64,000 nucleotides of DNA from a virus. Lineage: Duplodnaviria; Caudoviricetes. The notes under the pieces were generated by a model. That model searched no databases. It had not been told where the DNA came from and saw only the letters and a program-made list of their open reading frames with translations. Shown here piece by piece: positions 27,196 through 36,175 of this stretch; within the stretch, counting starts at the first letter, position 1; the number at the start of each line of letters is the position of its first letter. The stretch lies in IMG/VR virus record IMGVR_UViG_3300033066_002303, positions 7,078 to 71,077 of that record. One strand, 5' to 3'. A program made the translations under genes and the position numbers.

Positions 27196-27582
27196 ATGAC
27201 AGAGTCCGCAGACAGGCCAGCTAATTTGGCTCACTGGATCGATGCCGTTGCGTCGCAGCTTGATATTCTTAACGAGATTCAGGCGACGCTCACGCAGGTG
27301 AAACAGCACCTGTACCGCAACCACACCGCTAAACCTGGTGAGGTTTTGCCGAACACCTTGATGGTGTCTTTAGTCGTTCGTTTTGCTCAGAGTGATCTGA
27401 GTGTTGAGGTGCCACACGAGCTGCCGGCAGAGCAGGAAAACCAGCTGCTGGCGGATGTGTTCATCGCAGAGCAGGAAAAAATTCGTGCCGCATTTTTAGC
27501 TACCCGCGATGTGGCGGCAGCGGCGGCAGATTGGACGCAACGTGAAATTGATAAGTGGCAGCCAGCGTCCGCTGCTTCGTAA
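27196..27582 (+). CDS. Hypothetical protein
   Basis: SD GAGG before ATG 27196. Confidence 0.6.
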   Translation: MTESADRPANLAHWIDAVASQLDILNEIQATLTQVKQHLYRNHTAKPGEVLPNTLMVSLVVRFAQSDLSVEVPHELPAEQENQLLADVFIAEQEKIRAAFLATRDVAAAAADWTQREIDKWQPASAAS

Positions 27583-27597
27583 CAGGGGATCATTATC

Positions 27598-27717
27598 GTG
27601 GCGAAGAAAGTTGCAGCGAAGAAAGCGTCAGCCAAGAAGGCTACTGCGAAGAAGGTGACGAAGAAGGCCACCCGGAAGGCCCGCGGAATTCCTGGCGCTT
27701 CTCCGAGTACGAATTGA
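27598..27717 (+). CDS. 39-aa histone-H1-like Lys/Ala-rich peptide (missed by ORF track)
   Basis: SD AGGGGA then GTG; MAKKVAAKKASAKKATAKKVTKKATRKARGIPGASPSTN; stop overlaps the next start (TTGA). Confidence 0.75.
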   Translation: MAKKVAAKKASAKKATAKKVTKKATRKARGIPGASPSTN

Positions 27718-28583
27718 GTACGAATGACCCGGCGTTTGCCGAGCCCCTCCCGACATACGTTGTCGGGAGGGTGTTTGCTTTGCGCGACAAACTGCTGGCC
27801 CGGTCGTTTTCTGATTTCTACCGACATACGCTGTCGGCAGACCAACTGCTGCAATTGGCCAGCACAGCAGCGGAGATCATCGGTCGCGGCGTGACTTACG
27901 AGTGCGTCGCGGCCTCGTTAATGGAATTGCTCGGGCAGGAGCTTACGCCGGCCCTGGCAGCTACGGCGGCCTGGCGCTTGGCAGGTAATGTCGCCAGCCT
28001 GCAGGCCGGCAACGTGGTGACGGCCTGGACAACCCAGGCCCGCCCGGAGTGGATTCCTGTCGAACTGCAATCGGCCTATCGCGACAAGACGCAGACTAGC
28101 TTCGGGATTAGTGCCACATTCGTGGTGCTGGCAGGTACGCCCAGCGGCATGATGTTCCGCCAGTTCCTGTCTGACAAGCTGTGCCGCGTGGCTGCGCTGC
28201 GCGTTGGTTTTACGCGCCGACACGGTAAGTACCCGTATCACGGCAGTATCGAGCTGGTAGGGCTGCGGATGTTTGTCCAGGCAATGCCTTCGCAGCAGGC
28301 AAACAAGCTGGTGTTCTCCGGTATTCGTGGCAGTTCCGGGCTATTGGCGTACAACCGCCAGAATGTTTTGGCCTACCGTATCCGGGCGAAGCCCTGCCCC
28401 CGGGAATATAAACACCCGTGCCGAAACTGCGTGATTGGCCGGGACCAGTGCCCGGGTGCTGTTTTCTTTCAAACCCTGCAGGCCCGGCTGTGCCCGGTGT
28501 GTAAAGAGCAGGGTTTTTTCTACCCCGCAGAAACGGAAAGTTGTGTGGAATGTCAGCAGAGAGCGAGACTGGCGGCCCGGTAG
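27714..28583 (+). CDS. Hypothetical protein with C-terminal Cys-rich zinc finger (true start probably TTG 27714)
   Basis: CPREYKHPCRNC...C...CPVC...CVEC. Confidence 0.65.
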   Translation: MSTNDPAFAEPLPTYVVGRVFALRDKLLARSFSDFYRHTLSADQLLQLASTAAEIIGRGVTYECVAASLMELLGQELTPALAATAAWRLAGNVASLQAGNVVTAWTTQARPEWIPVELQSAYRDKTQTSFGISATFVVLAGTPSGMMFRQFLSDKLCRVAALRVGFTRRHGKYPYHGSIELVGLRMFVQAMPSQQANKLVFSGIRGSSGLLAYNRQNVLAYRIRAKPCPREYKHPCRNCVIGRDQCPGAVFFQTLQARLCPVCKEQGFFYPAETESCVECQQRARLAAR

Positions 28584-29704
28584 CCGCCGACAGTACGGAG
28601 AAGTTTCTGGGCCTGCGGAAAATGGTCGAGGACGAGCTGTTTTCTGGTCGCGGCGCGATCCTGCGGGTGTACTGTACATACAAATCTGATGCGATTGACG
28701 CGCCGGAGTTGGCTGATCACATCGCACGCGTGCTGTACTGGCGCGAAACGCCAATCTCGATTGGCGGCAGCGGCTATGTCTGGTACGTCGACCACACCGG
28801 ATCCGATAAGCGGATTGTCGCGGCGGCACGCACTACGTCGCAGAAGCGCGGCAGTACGCCGGACGACGATATCAAACTGTTGCGGTACTTGCTCCGGCAC
28901 AGGCATACGACGCCTATTGAGTTCGGTCAACTGACGGTGAAGATCCGGGCGCCGATGGATGTGATCCGGCAGCATATCAGGCACAGGATGTCATCGACGT
29001 CTGAATACTCGACGCGATATTCGAATGCGATCGATGATGCCTACGTAACCCCCTTGGGTGGCTGGCGCACCCAGGCCACGTCGAACAGGCAAGGTAGCGC
29101 TGGCGCAATCAGCGAACAGTGGCCTGAGGGGTGGTCTATCGACGAGCGGGGTACGGTGCACGGACCTGACGGCTATACTGTGGCGGCTGCTGAGGATATC
29201 TCGACGCCAGAAAAGCTGCTGAGTATGGAAGAGCGCTGGTTGCAGCGCCAAGCCCGCGAGGTGTATGAGCGGCGGCTGGCTTTGGGTGTGGCGCGTGAGC
29301 AGGCCCGCAAGGATTTGCCGCTGTCGACATATACAGAGATGTACTGGACGATTGACCTGCACAACCTGTTGCACTACCTTGGGCTGCGCTTGCACAGCCA
29401 TGCGCAACTGGAGATCCGCCAGCTGGCCGCAGGATTGGCTCGGCTGGTGGAGGAATTCTTTCCGGAATCCTGGGCCGCATTCCAGGACTATCAGCAGAAG
29501 GCGGTAGCGCTGACAGCGACGGACCAGGCCGTGTTGCTGTACTACATCCAGAATCATCCGCAGGACCTGTACCGGCCTGTTAACGAGATCTGGCAGACAG
29601 CCACGGCTGTTGTACCGGCGCTGGTGGGCGATAACGGCAAGCGCGAGCGTAATGAAACACTCGCGAAGTTGAAGGCTTTGGGTTTCTTCCAGGAACAGGA
29701 ATGA
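28550..29704 (+). CDS. thyX: Flavin-dependent thymidylate synthase ThyX with N-terminal extension
   Basis: IVAAARTTS, LRHRHTTPIEF, ThyX motif RHRMSSTSEYSTRY, REQARKDLP, DLHNLLHYLGLR..HAQLEIR. Confidence 0.93.
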   Translation: MSAESETGGPVAADSTEKFLGLRKMVEDELFSGRGAILRVYCTYKSDAIDAPELADHIARVLYWRETPISIGGSGYVWYVDHTGSDKRIVAAARTTSQKRGSTPDDDIKLLRYLLRHRHTTPIEFGQLTVKIRAPMDVIRQHIRHRMSSTSEYSTRYSNAIDDAYVTPLGGWRTQATSNRQGSAGAISEQWPEGWSIDERGTVHGPDGYTVAAAEDISTPEKLLSMEERWLQRQAREVYERRLALGVAREQARKDLPLSTYTEMYWTIDLHNLLHYLGLRLHSHAQLEIRQLAAGLARLVEEFFPESWAAFQDYQQKAVALTATDQAVLLYYIQNHPQDLYRPVNEIWQTATAVVPALVGDNGKRERNETLAKLKALGFFQEQE

Positions 29705-30216
29705 GTATGGCTGAAGAGCGGGTATATACGGACCACGAGGCGCGCATCGTAAAGATGATGCAGGGCTTCCAGCAGCCGGTGGCCGAGAAGCCGACACCTG
29801 GCAGCGCGCACGACCGGCAGCTGCGCTTCCGGCTGATTTTTGAAGAGCTGTTGGAGTATGCCCACGGCGCCGGTGTGAACGTCGCGGTGCGTGCCGGTTC
29901 GGGCGATTTGTTGTTGCTGCCGCACACGATGTCCAGTTATGTGGTCAGCGTGGAAGAGGACCATCCTGCCGATCTGGTAGAGATGATTGACGCGCTGGGT
30001 GACCTGCACGTCGTCGTGACAGGCGGTTTTGTATCGCATGGCGTGCCCGTTACGCCCGTGCTGGCCGCGATCGATGAGAATAACCTGCTCAAGATCGCCA
30101 ACGGCCACGTCGATCCGGAAACGGGTAAATTCATCAAACCGCAGAACCATCCCAAAGTGGACCTGCTGCCGATCTTGAAGCAGTACGGGTATGAGGAGGG
30201 TGCCAGTGTTTCCTAA
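29701..30216 (+). CDS. MazG-like / PRA-PH family NTP pyrophosphohydrolase (possible dUTPase)
   Basis: LRFRLIFEELLE, EMIDALGDL.VV, NLLK...GKFIKP. Confidence 0.8.
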   Translation: MSMAEERVYTDHEARIVKMMQGFQQPVAEKPTPGSAHDRQLRFRLIFEELLEYAHGAGVNVAVRAGSGDLLLLPHTMSSYVVSVEEDHPADLVEMIDALGDLHVVVTGGFVSHGVPVTPVLAAIDENNLLKIANGHVDPETGKFIKPQNHPKVDLLPILKQYGYEEGASVS

Positions 30217-30832
30217 CGTACCGCCAGCCGGTCTGGCGTTTGTGAGTCAGCCCAGCGGCCTGGTGGTTAGCCCGGACCGTGACTTGGCTTACTGTTTTGC
30301 TCCGCTCGTCGCGCAGATGCTGCACGATGCCGACACCGCGTTCCTGACGCCGGCAGCAGGCAGCGCATTGGCGCAGCTTGGCTTTGAGCGCCAGTCGCTG
30401 AACTACGGCTTTGCCGCGTTGGCGGACGCCACGCAGAACTTTATCAAGTCGCAGTGCCCTGATTGCAACGCGGCTTTTGCGCAAACGGGCTGGTCTGCCC
30501 TGCCGCCCGCCACACAGCTGGCATTATTGGCCATGTTCGGCGAGCTGTTTATCTCGGCCTACTTCTCCGCTGCCCGGGATATTACGCAACAGGGCTCGAT
30601 GCCGCCCCGACAGATCGGGTTTACTGATCTGGTGGCCATGTACCGCTGGCGTGCGCTGGGCGTAACCCCGACGCAGCAGGAGACGCCTGAGGCCGGGCAA
30701 CAAGCGTTGCTGGAGGCGAAGGCCCAGGTGGCGATGCTGGAGAAGACGGTGCAGCAGCTGCAGGCCTTGTTGGAACAGCAGCGCCAGGCGACGGCGGCCG
30801 ACACGCAACGGGACATGCCCCGGGAAGAGTAA
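30206..30832 (+). CDS. Hypothetical protein with C-terminal coiled coil
   Basis: SD GAGGAGG before GTG 30206. Confidence 0.6.
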   Translation: MFPNVPPAGLAFVSQPSGLVVSPDRDLAYCFAPLVAQMLHDADTAFLTPAAGSALAQLGFERQSLNYGFAALADATQNFIKSQCPDCNAAFAQTGWSALPPATQLALLAMFGELFISAYFSAARDITQQGSMPPRQIGFTDLVAMYRWRALGVTPTQQETPEAGQQALLEAKAQVAMLEKTVQQLQALLEQQRQATAADTQRDMPREE

Positions 30833-30835
30833 ACC

Positions 30836-31567
30836 ATGGCTAAGCGGGCTAAGCGGGCGGCGGGTACTGCGAAAATTCTGGAAGGTCGTTACAAGGACTT
30901 CCAGGATCCGCAGGTCTTTTCTGCGCAGTTGCGCGGTAAAGCGGAGCAGCACTTGCGCATCGTCGGGTTGGATCTGGGCAACTCGTGCGGTGTCGCTGCG
31001 CTGGATCTGTATCCCGGCGTGCCGCTGGTCGACTGCCCGATTTACCTCGGCCAGTGGGACTTGTCGCTGAGCCGTTACGACAGCGGGATTATCTCGCTGT
31101 TGCGCTTACAGGCGTTTATCACTGTTTGCCGCCCCGATTTCGTGGCGTTTGAGCAGCCCATGTTTACGCCAAACATTCGCGGCCCCCGCGCAGCCGTGTT
31201 GCTGCAGGGGGCGATGCGTAGCCAGTCGCATATTTCTGAGCTGGCTGCGGCGTTAATGCTGTGGTGCCACACCCACAGCGTGCCGTATTGCGCCTACACC
31301 AGCACAACGATTAAGCGGTTCGCTACTGGCAAGGGTAATGCCAGCAAAGAGGATATGGTGAACGCTGCCAAATCACGGCTGTCTGTGGTGTTCCCGGACG
31401 GCAGTGATGCGGAAGAGATCAGTAACATGGTGGATGCGGCCTTTTGCGGCCTGTTGGCTTTCGGCCAGCATCGCGACGGGCTGGCCAGCCTGGCTGCGTT
31501 ACAGATGGAGCTGCCGCCGGAAGTGCTGGCGGCCATGAACCCGATACAGGAAGCAGAGCATGACTAA
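30836..31567 (+). CDS. ruvC: RuvC-like Holliday junction resolvase
   Basis: IVGLDLG, VAFEQP, IKRFATGKGNASKEDM, DAAF. Confidence 0.88.
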   Translation: MAKRAKRAAGTAKILEGRYKDFQDPQVFSAQLRGKAEQHLRIVGLDLGNSCGVAALDLYPGVPLVDCPIYLGQWDLSLSRYDSGIISLLRLQAFITVCRPDFVAFEQPMFTPNIRGPRAAVLLQGAMRSQSHISELAAALMLWCHTHSVPYCAYTSTTIKRFATGKGNASKEDMVNAAKSRLSVVFPDGSDAEEISNMVDAAFCGLLAFGQHRDGLASLAALQMELPPEVLAAMNPIQEAEHD

Positions 31568-31985
31568 AAAACAGAAGCCGCGCATTGAGGTGCAACAGGC
31601 GCAGGCGGCGCCAGCAGAAGAGCAGCTGGTGACATACCTGTCGGCCGACGTCCGGCCGGAAACTTACAACCACTGCCAGCGCGACGTTGCCTGGCTGCTG
31701 GAGAACGATCCAGAAGCGGCGGCAGTACTGCAGCTGCGTATTTTACTGGTTGCGATGGACCATATTGCGCGGCAGGGCCTGCTGCGTGTGCTGTCGCAAC
31801 ACGACAATCTGAAAGATACGAAAACCATCATCGAGTTGTTTACGGCAGCAGCCGAGCACCATGTGCGGCTGGGCAAGGCGACACCAGCCGCGTTGCAGGA
31901 TCTGACGCAACAGGTCTGGCTGCCGCTGCTGGAGCAGTTGGTAAACAACGCAGAGCAGGGAAAGCAAGTAACGAATGACAATTGA
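31560..31985 (+). CDS. Hypothetical protein
   Basis: Coupled ORF. Confidence 0.6.
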   Translation: MTKKQKPRIEVQQAQAAPAEEQLVTYLSADVRPETYNHCQRDVAWLLENDPEAAAVLQLRILLVAMDHIARQGLLRVLSQHDNLKDTKTIIELFTAAAEHHVRLGKATPAALQDLTQQVWLPLLEQLVNNAEQGKQVTNDN

Positions 31986-32640
31986 GACTGACGACAATAC
32001 GCTCGACGTGCTGTTTATCGGCGCGATTACCGCGCGGCGACCTGACTGGGAGTTGTATGCCGCTTTGCCGGAACAGCAGGCTGATCCCAAGAAGGAGGCC
32101 AAGCGCCAGGAGCAGCTGGCAGAGATGACCGCTGATGCGGCTGCCGTGCCCTACCAGGCCTATGTGGCGGAGCTGAGCTGTCTGCACTACAAGATCGACC
32201 AGCTGGGGAGCCTGCTGCAGGATACGCCCACGCTAGTGCGCTGCCGGGGGCCGCTGGATGGCGCTGATAGCCCGGCTGCCCAGTTTAGCCGGTATGTGAA
32301 CGAGCACGTGACGCTGGCGAAATGGTTACCCATTCCCCAGTTCTGGGGATTCGGTATTCGTGACGTGTTGCGGATTATTGCGGCCGACGTGTCGCGGGTA
32401 CGTCGGAAACACTCGGATGTGCCGACACTGCCGACGGCTGTGTGGTATCATCCGACATTCGCCACGCCGAGAGCTTACGATCCGCGCGAGGTGCTGGTGC
32501 ACAGCAGTACGCAGAAAAATGTGGGGATCCCGCAACTGCTGACTTTCTTCGGCGCGGATGTTATGTACGATTTACGAGATTCTTTCCAGTCCGCCAACTG
32601 CGCTGAGTTCCTGTGTCGCGCTGGCGGTCTTGTGGGGTAG
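31975..32640 (+). CDS. Possible degenerate DnaQ/PolB-like 3'-5' exonuclease homologue
   Basis: KKEAKRQEQLAEMTADAAAVPY...ELSC and FWGFGIRDVLRI resemble phage PolB-exo-like proteins, but the catalytic DxE and FD are missing. Confidence 0.35.
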   Translation: MTIETDDNTLDVLFIGAITARRPDWELYAALPEQQADPKKEAKRQEQLAEMTADAAAVPYQAYVAELSCLHYKIDQLGSLLQDTPTLVRCRGPLDGADSPAAQFSRYVNEHVTLAKWLPIPQFWGFGIRDVLRIIAADVSRVRRKHSDVPTLPTAVWYHPTFATPRAYDPREVLVHSSTQKNVGIPQLLTFFGADVMYDLRDSFQSANCAEFLCRAGGLVG

Positions 32641-32648
32641 GTGGTGCG

Positions 32649-33416
32649 ATGACAGCGCCGGCAGAGTCGAAGCCGATTAACGTGGTAGCGGGGGTTGCTG
32701 CGGATAGCGGCGAGCCGACCCTGCCGGCGCCTGTTCACAGTCCGTGTCTTGTAGATCTGGCGCAGGAGTTCGTGCTGTGTACTCCGGCGTTGCTGTATAC
32801 AGCCGCGGGAGCAAATAAAGATCTGGTCAGTATGTTCACGACCAGTCACAACCAGCAGTTTGAGGAGGGGCAGTGCCCGCTGTTTTTTGACAGCGAGACT
32901 GCCCTGTTTTGCGGGCTGGGGTTGAGCCAACCGGAAGGTCAGCCCTGGATTCACTGGGACCGGCGGCTCTACCTGTTCGAGCCGCCCGTCTGGCGCTTGT
33001 TTTCGCAGTTTATTGCTGGCCTGGCGGTGTGCTGTCGGCCGCAGCGACGGTTTTCGCGCTGCGGTATTTCTGCTGTTGCGGTGCCAGACCAGCTGTTGAT
33101 GCAGCGGCAGCCGTTCCGGACAGAGATTCCAACAGCGACTGTGCAGGTCTGTACGGTCTCGAGTAACGATGGGGTGTTTACCTTGCAGCCGCCGCCTGGG
33201 CGGCCCTGGGAACCGCCCCGTGTCGTGCGTAGTGCGCCGACTGCGCAGCTCCTGCGGGAAGCGCAGGCGTTATTGTCGGCAGGTGACGGTACACATCAGT
33301 TTGGCGAAAATCTGGAGACTGTTTATGGTGCGGATCGAGCTACGGATGCCCAGCGTGCACGAGACGAGCGAGTTGCAGCTGCTCGACGCCAACGGGAAGC
33401 CCATCCGCCTGCCTGA
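32649..33416 (+). CDS. Hypothetical protein
   Basis: ATG 32649; protein-like composition. Confidence 0.55.
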   Translation: MTAPAESKPINVVAGVAADSGEPTLPAPVHSPCLVDLAQEFVLCTPALLYTAAGANKDLVSMFTTSHNQQFEEGQCPLFFDSETALFCGLGLSQPEGQPWIHWDRRLYLFEPPVWRLFSQFIAGLAVCCRPQRRFSRCGISAVAVPDQLLMQRQPFRTEIPTATVQVCTVSSNDGVFTLQPPPGRPWEPPRVVRSAPTAQLLREAQALLSAGDGTHQFGENLETVYGADRATDAQRARDERVAAARRQREAHPPA

Positions 33417-33606
33417 CGGGCAGGTTGTCGGCACGGTGCGGCTTGTGCCAAAGGTGGCGATCGGGGCCAACCGGTTTTATGCCGGCACGCTGGTAGGGTC
33501 GCTGGTGGCTGAGGACGGTCAGGAAACAAAGCAGACGGGGTACACGCTGACTGTGACCCAGTCGGCAGACGCCTGCGAACTGCGGTTGTCGCCGCAGCCG
33601 CAATAA
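33325..33606 (+). CDS. Hypothetical protein
   Basis: SD GGAGA before ATG 33325; overlaps upstream ORF. Confidence 0.5.
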   Translation: MVRIELRMPSVHETSELQLLDANGKPIRLPDGQVVGTVRLVPKVAIGANRFYAGTLVGSLVAEDGQETKQTGYTLTVTQSADACELRLSPQPQ

Positions 33607-33616
33607 GGGAGGGGCC

Positions 33617-34135
33617 ATGAGCGAACCAGAAACAGTCCCAACACCGCCACCGGCGGCACTCCCGCCACCCAGACCCGCTGTGCCGAAACAATCGGCAGCC
33701 CGGGCCTTGCAGCGCGAGCTGGCAAAGGATGTGCTGACGGCGCAGTCCAAGATGTATCTTGTGATTGTGGACCTGGACGATTCTGTGACAGAGCCGGAGA
33801 ACTGTCTGCAGATCCGTGAGTGCGAGTCGACAGAAGCGCTGCGGCTGCATTTGCAGGACTTCAAGCGGCGGCGGGCCAACGTTGTTGTCCGGGCGTTTCT
33901 CGGCTGCGAGATGCCGATCACGTCTGACCCGCTAGAGGTGCTGACGCCTTACGGGGTACTCAAAGTGGACGAGCCCCCACCGCCGGCGACTGGCGGGGCT
34001 GCGTACTTCGGTGGTAACAGGCTGCCGCAGCCGAAGGAACCTGATAGTGCGGAAACACGCGATTACCAGGTTGAGCCCGGTAGCGAGTTGCCGCACGAGT
34101 ACGAGCCCAGCGGACAGGACGATACGCCTGTCTGA
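33617..34135 (+). CDS. Hypothetical protein
   Basis: SD GGGAGG; last gene before an AT-rich gap. Confidence 0.65.
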   Translation: MSEPETVPTPPPAALPPPRPAVPKQSAARALQRELAKDVLTAQSKMYLVIVDLDDSVTEPENCLQIRECESTEALRLHLQDFKRRRANVVVRAFLGCEMPITSDPLEVLTPYGVLKVDEPPPPATGGAAYFGGNRLPQPKEPDSAETRDYQVEPGSELPHEYEPSGQDDTPV

Positions 34136-34140
34136 CGGGG

Positions 34141-34220
34141 CTTAATTTCAGGCTGTTTTGCGCTATATATAATTGCACCGCCCCAGTGCTATGTTTTAAG
34201 CACGTGGGGTATTTTTTTTA
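34141..34220 (+). promoter_or_regulatory. AT-rich intergenic promoter-like segment
   Basis: TATAAT at 34168-34173 and extended -10 TGcTATGTT at 34187-34195; no good -35. Confidence 0.35.
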
Positions 34221-34287
34221 GCTGTCCGAACTCACCCGTATTCTGGAAAGGAGTGTATTGCCATGCGCACGAAGTAGCAGGCGGTTT

Positions 34288-34473
34288 ATGCCAGTGTGGT
34301 ACAAGGAACGGAAAGTTGCGCAGATGAAGCGCTGGGGTGCAGGCATCCGTGTGGTGCTTGCGCCCGTCATTGTTGATGGCACCGTTGTGGTGCCAAAGCA
34401 GCGCGTGGTTATTTCCCAACAAGACTGGGCTCAGCACAGTCTGACCACGCCGCCACAAAAACCCTCCTGTTAG
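34288..34473 (+). CDS. Small hypothetical protein
   Basis: MPVWYKERKV...; start uncertain. Confidence 0.35.
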   Translation: MPVWYKERKVAQMKRWGAGIRVVLAPVIVDGTVVVPKQRVVISQQDWAQHSLTTPPQKPSC

Positions 34474-34481
34474 GAGCGACT

Positions 34482-35816
34482 ATGAAAAACCGCCGACAGC
34501 AGACCGCTACGCAAGAGACGATGGAGCAACTGAGCCAGCGGCAAAAAACGCAAATCTTCGCGCTGACGGCTCAGGAAAAGTCGCGAGCTCGTGCGTACTG
34601 GACGATGCACGTGTGTCAGCGGGACGGCAGCTGTGTGTTTCCAGCTGACGGGGAGCTGCGCCCGCTGGGCGCGTTTACGCTGGTGATCCAGCATGGCATG
34701 GCGCCAACGGCGGACTGTCGTTACGAGCGCTGCAGTGTGATGTCCGTCAAGGGGCAGGCGACGCGGCGAACTGCTGCGTACACGCTGCCGCTGTCGTGGG
34801 TGGACCTGTCGCAGCGTTTCACGCATACGCGGCGACCGACTACCCGAGACACCATGAACATTCGTATGTACCCGCTCAGCGCGTCTGCTGCGCTGGATGC
34901 CTACGCGTGTCGCATGCAGGCGGCTAACAACAAGATGTTGCAGGGCCAACTGCCGACGGCGCCCACGCTGCCGGAGGTGTACTGGGGCTTCTTCCAGGAC
35001 ACGCTTCCGGAGTACGTGGTGACGCCGTCATTGCGCAACCTGGTGCGTGTGCGTGTGGGCAGCTGTGATGACGGCGCCATGGCCACGCACGGCCCGGAGT
35101 TGTTCCGTCAGCTCGGCACGCCGCCGCAAGCGGCGTTACCGTGTGGCGCTGTGAACAATACGGACTTCGTGCTGTATCCGGCAGCGGCCGTGCAGCTGGA
35201 CGGGCAGCCCGTGCCGCGGGCCATCGCTGCTTTCGAGTCGATCCGGCCGGTGCTCGGCGCGACGGTAACCAATCCGTTCGTCCGGGGCCAGCTGGCGTTT
35301 GCGAATCCTGCGCGGGCGGTCAGTCGCGAGTTGCGGCTGCCGCTGGATATTCTGAACTCGGCGCCGACCCAGGCGCAGCTGACAGCCATGGCTGCTGGCA
35401 TGCGCGACACGCTGGGCGCGGCGGCTGCGGCGTTTTCTGACGACGACCTGATCGACGCCATGCGTGATCCGGATTCGCCGTTGTATGCGTCGCGGCTGGC
35501 CGGCGAGCTGCCCGACGAGCAGCTGGTGGCTGTGGTTGATGAAATCCTGCCGCCGTATTACCGGGGCGGGGCGACGGCAGCGGATGTGCGGGAAGCCGCG
35601 GCTTCGCCAAGCCTGCCGTTGCGCCTTTCGCGCGCGTCTCGGATGGAAGTGTTGCGTACGGACAGGCATCTGACGCGGCAGGATGCGATGCAAAAGATCG
35701 CAGACATGCTGGCCGTGCCGGTGCTGCTGTACGCGGATAGTATGGCGGACGCAAAGCAACAGGCGGAACGGCCTGACGAGGTTCTGCATGTTGTGCCGCA
35801 GCCGTCTGTCGGTTAG
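34482..35816 (+). CDS. Hypothetical protein
   Basis: SD AGGAG; 444 aa with consistent codon usage. Confidence 0.7.
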   Translation: MKNRRQQTATQETMEQLSQRQKTQIFALTAQEKSRARAYWTMHVCQRDGSCVFPADGELRPLGAFTLVIQHGMAPTADCRYERCSVMSVKGQATRRTAAYTLPLSWVDLSQRFTHTRRPTTRDTMNIRMYPLSASAALDAYACRMQAANNKMLQGQLPTAPTLPEVYWGFFQDTLPEYVVTPSLRNLVRVRVGSCDDGAMATHGPELFRQLGTPPQAALPCGAVNNTDFVLYPAAAVQLDGQPVPRAIAAFESIRPVLGATVTNPFVRGQLAFANPARAVSRELRLPLDILNSAPTQAQLTAMAAGMRDTLGAAAAAFSDDDLIDAMRDPDSPLYASRLAGELPDEQLVAVVDEILPPYYRGGATAADVREAAASPSLPLRLSRASRMEVLRTDRHLTRQDAMQKIADMLAVPVLLYADSMADAKQQAERPDEVLHVVPQPSVG

Positions 35817-35820
35817 TGAG

Positions 35821-36087
35821 GTGTCTGTCTGGTTGCAAGGCGTGGGTAGCCCTCACGTCTTGCCGCCGACAGACGAGGAGCTGGCTGGTGGCTTTCTCCT
35901 GGTGTGGTTGTTTGCGGTAGACGCGCAGCAAGAATCACCCCAGGAGCGCACAGCGTTGTATTTAGTGGACGCTACTGCGGGTCTGGCTGAGTTGATGCCG
36001 CATCTGCCGGCAGACGCGCTTCCGATGTTTTTCCAGCTACCGCAATCTCTATTTATGCAGGAGGACTGGGACACGCTTAGCGAGTAA
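35821..36087 (+). CDS. Small acidic hypothetical protein
   Basis: GTG start just after upstream stop. Confidence 0.45.
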   Translation: MSVWLQGVGSPHVLPPTDEELAGGFLLVWLFAVDAQQESPQERTALYLVDATAGLAELMPHLPADALPMFFQLPQSLFMQEDWDTLSE

Positions 36088-36175
36088 TTCGGGAAAGTTG
36101 TATGGATGTGCGCGCAGCGGCCGAGTATGCTGCAGGCCGGCTGCGCGCACATCGTTTCCCGGACGGAGTAAGGTC

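Noticed and set aside
27555-27713. N-terminal extension of the 27555-28583 ORF (EESCSEESVSQEG...)
   Set aside because: It is the off-frame reading of the Lys/Ala-rich peptide, which has the SD; the gene more likely starts at TTG 27714.
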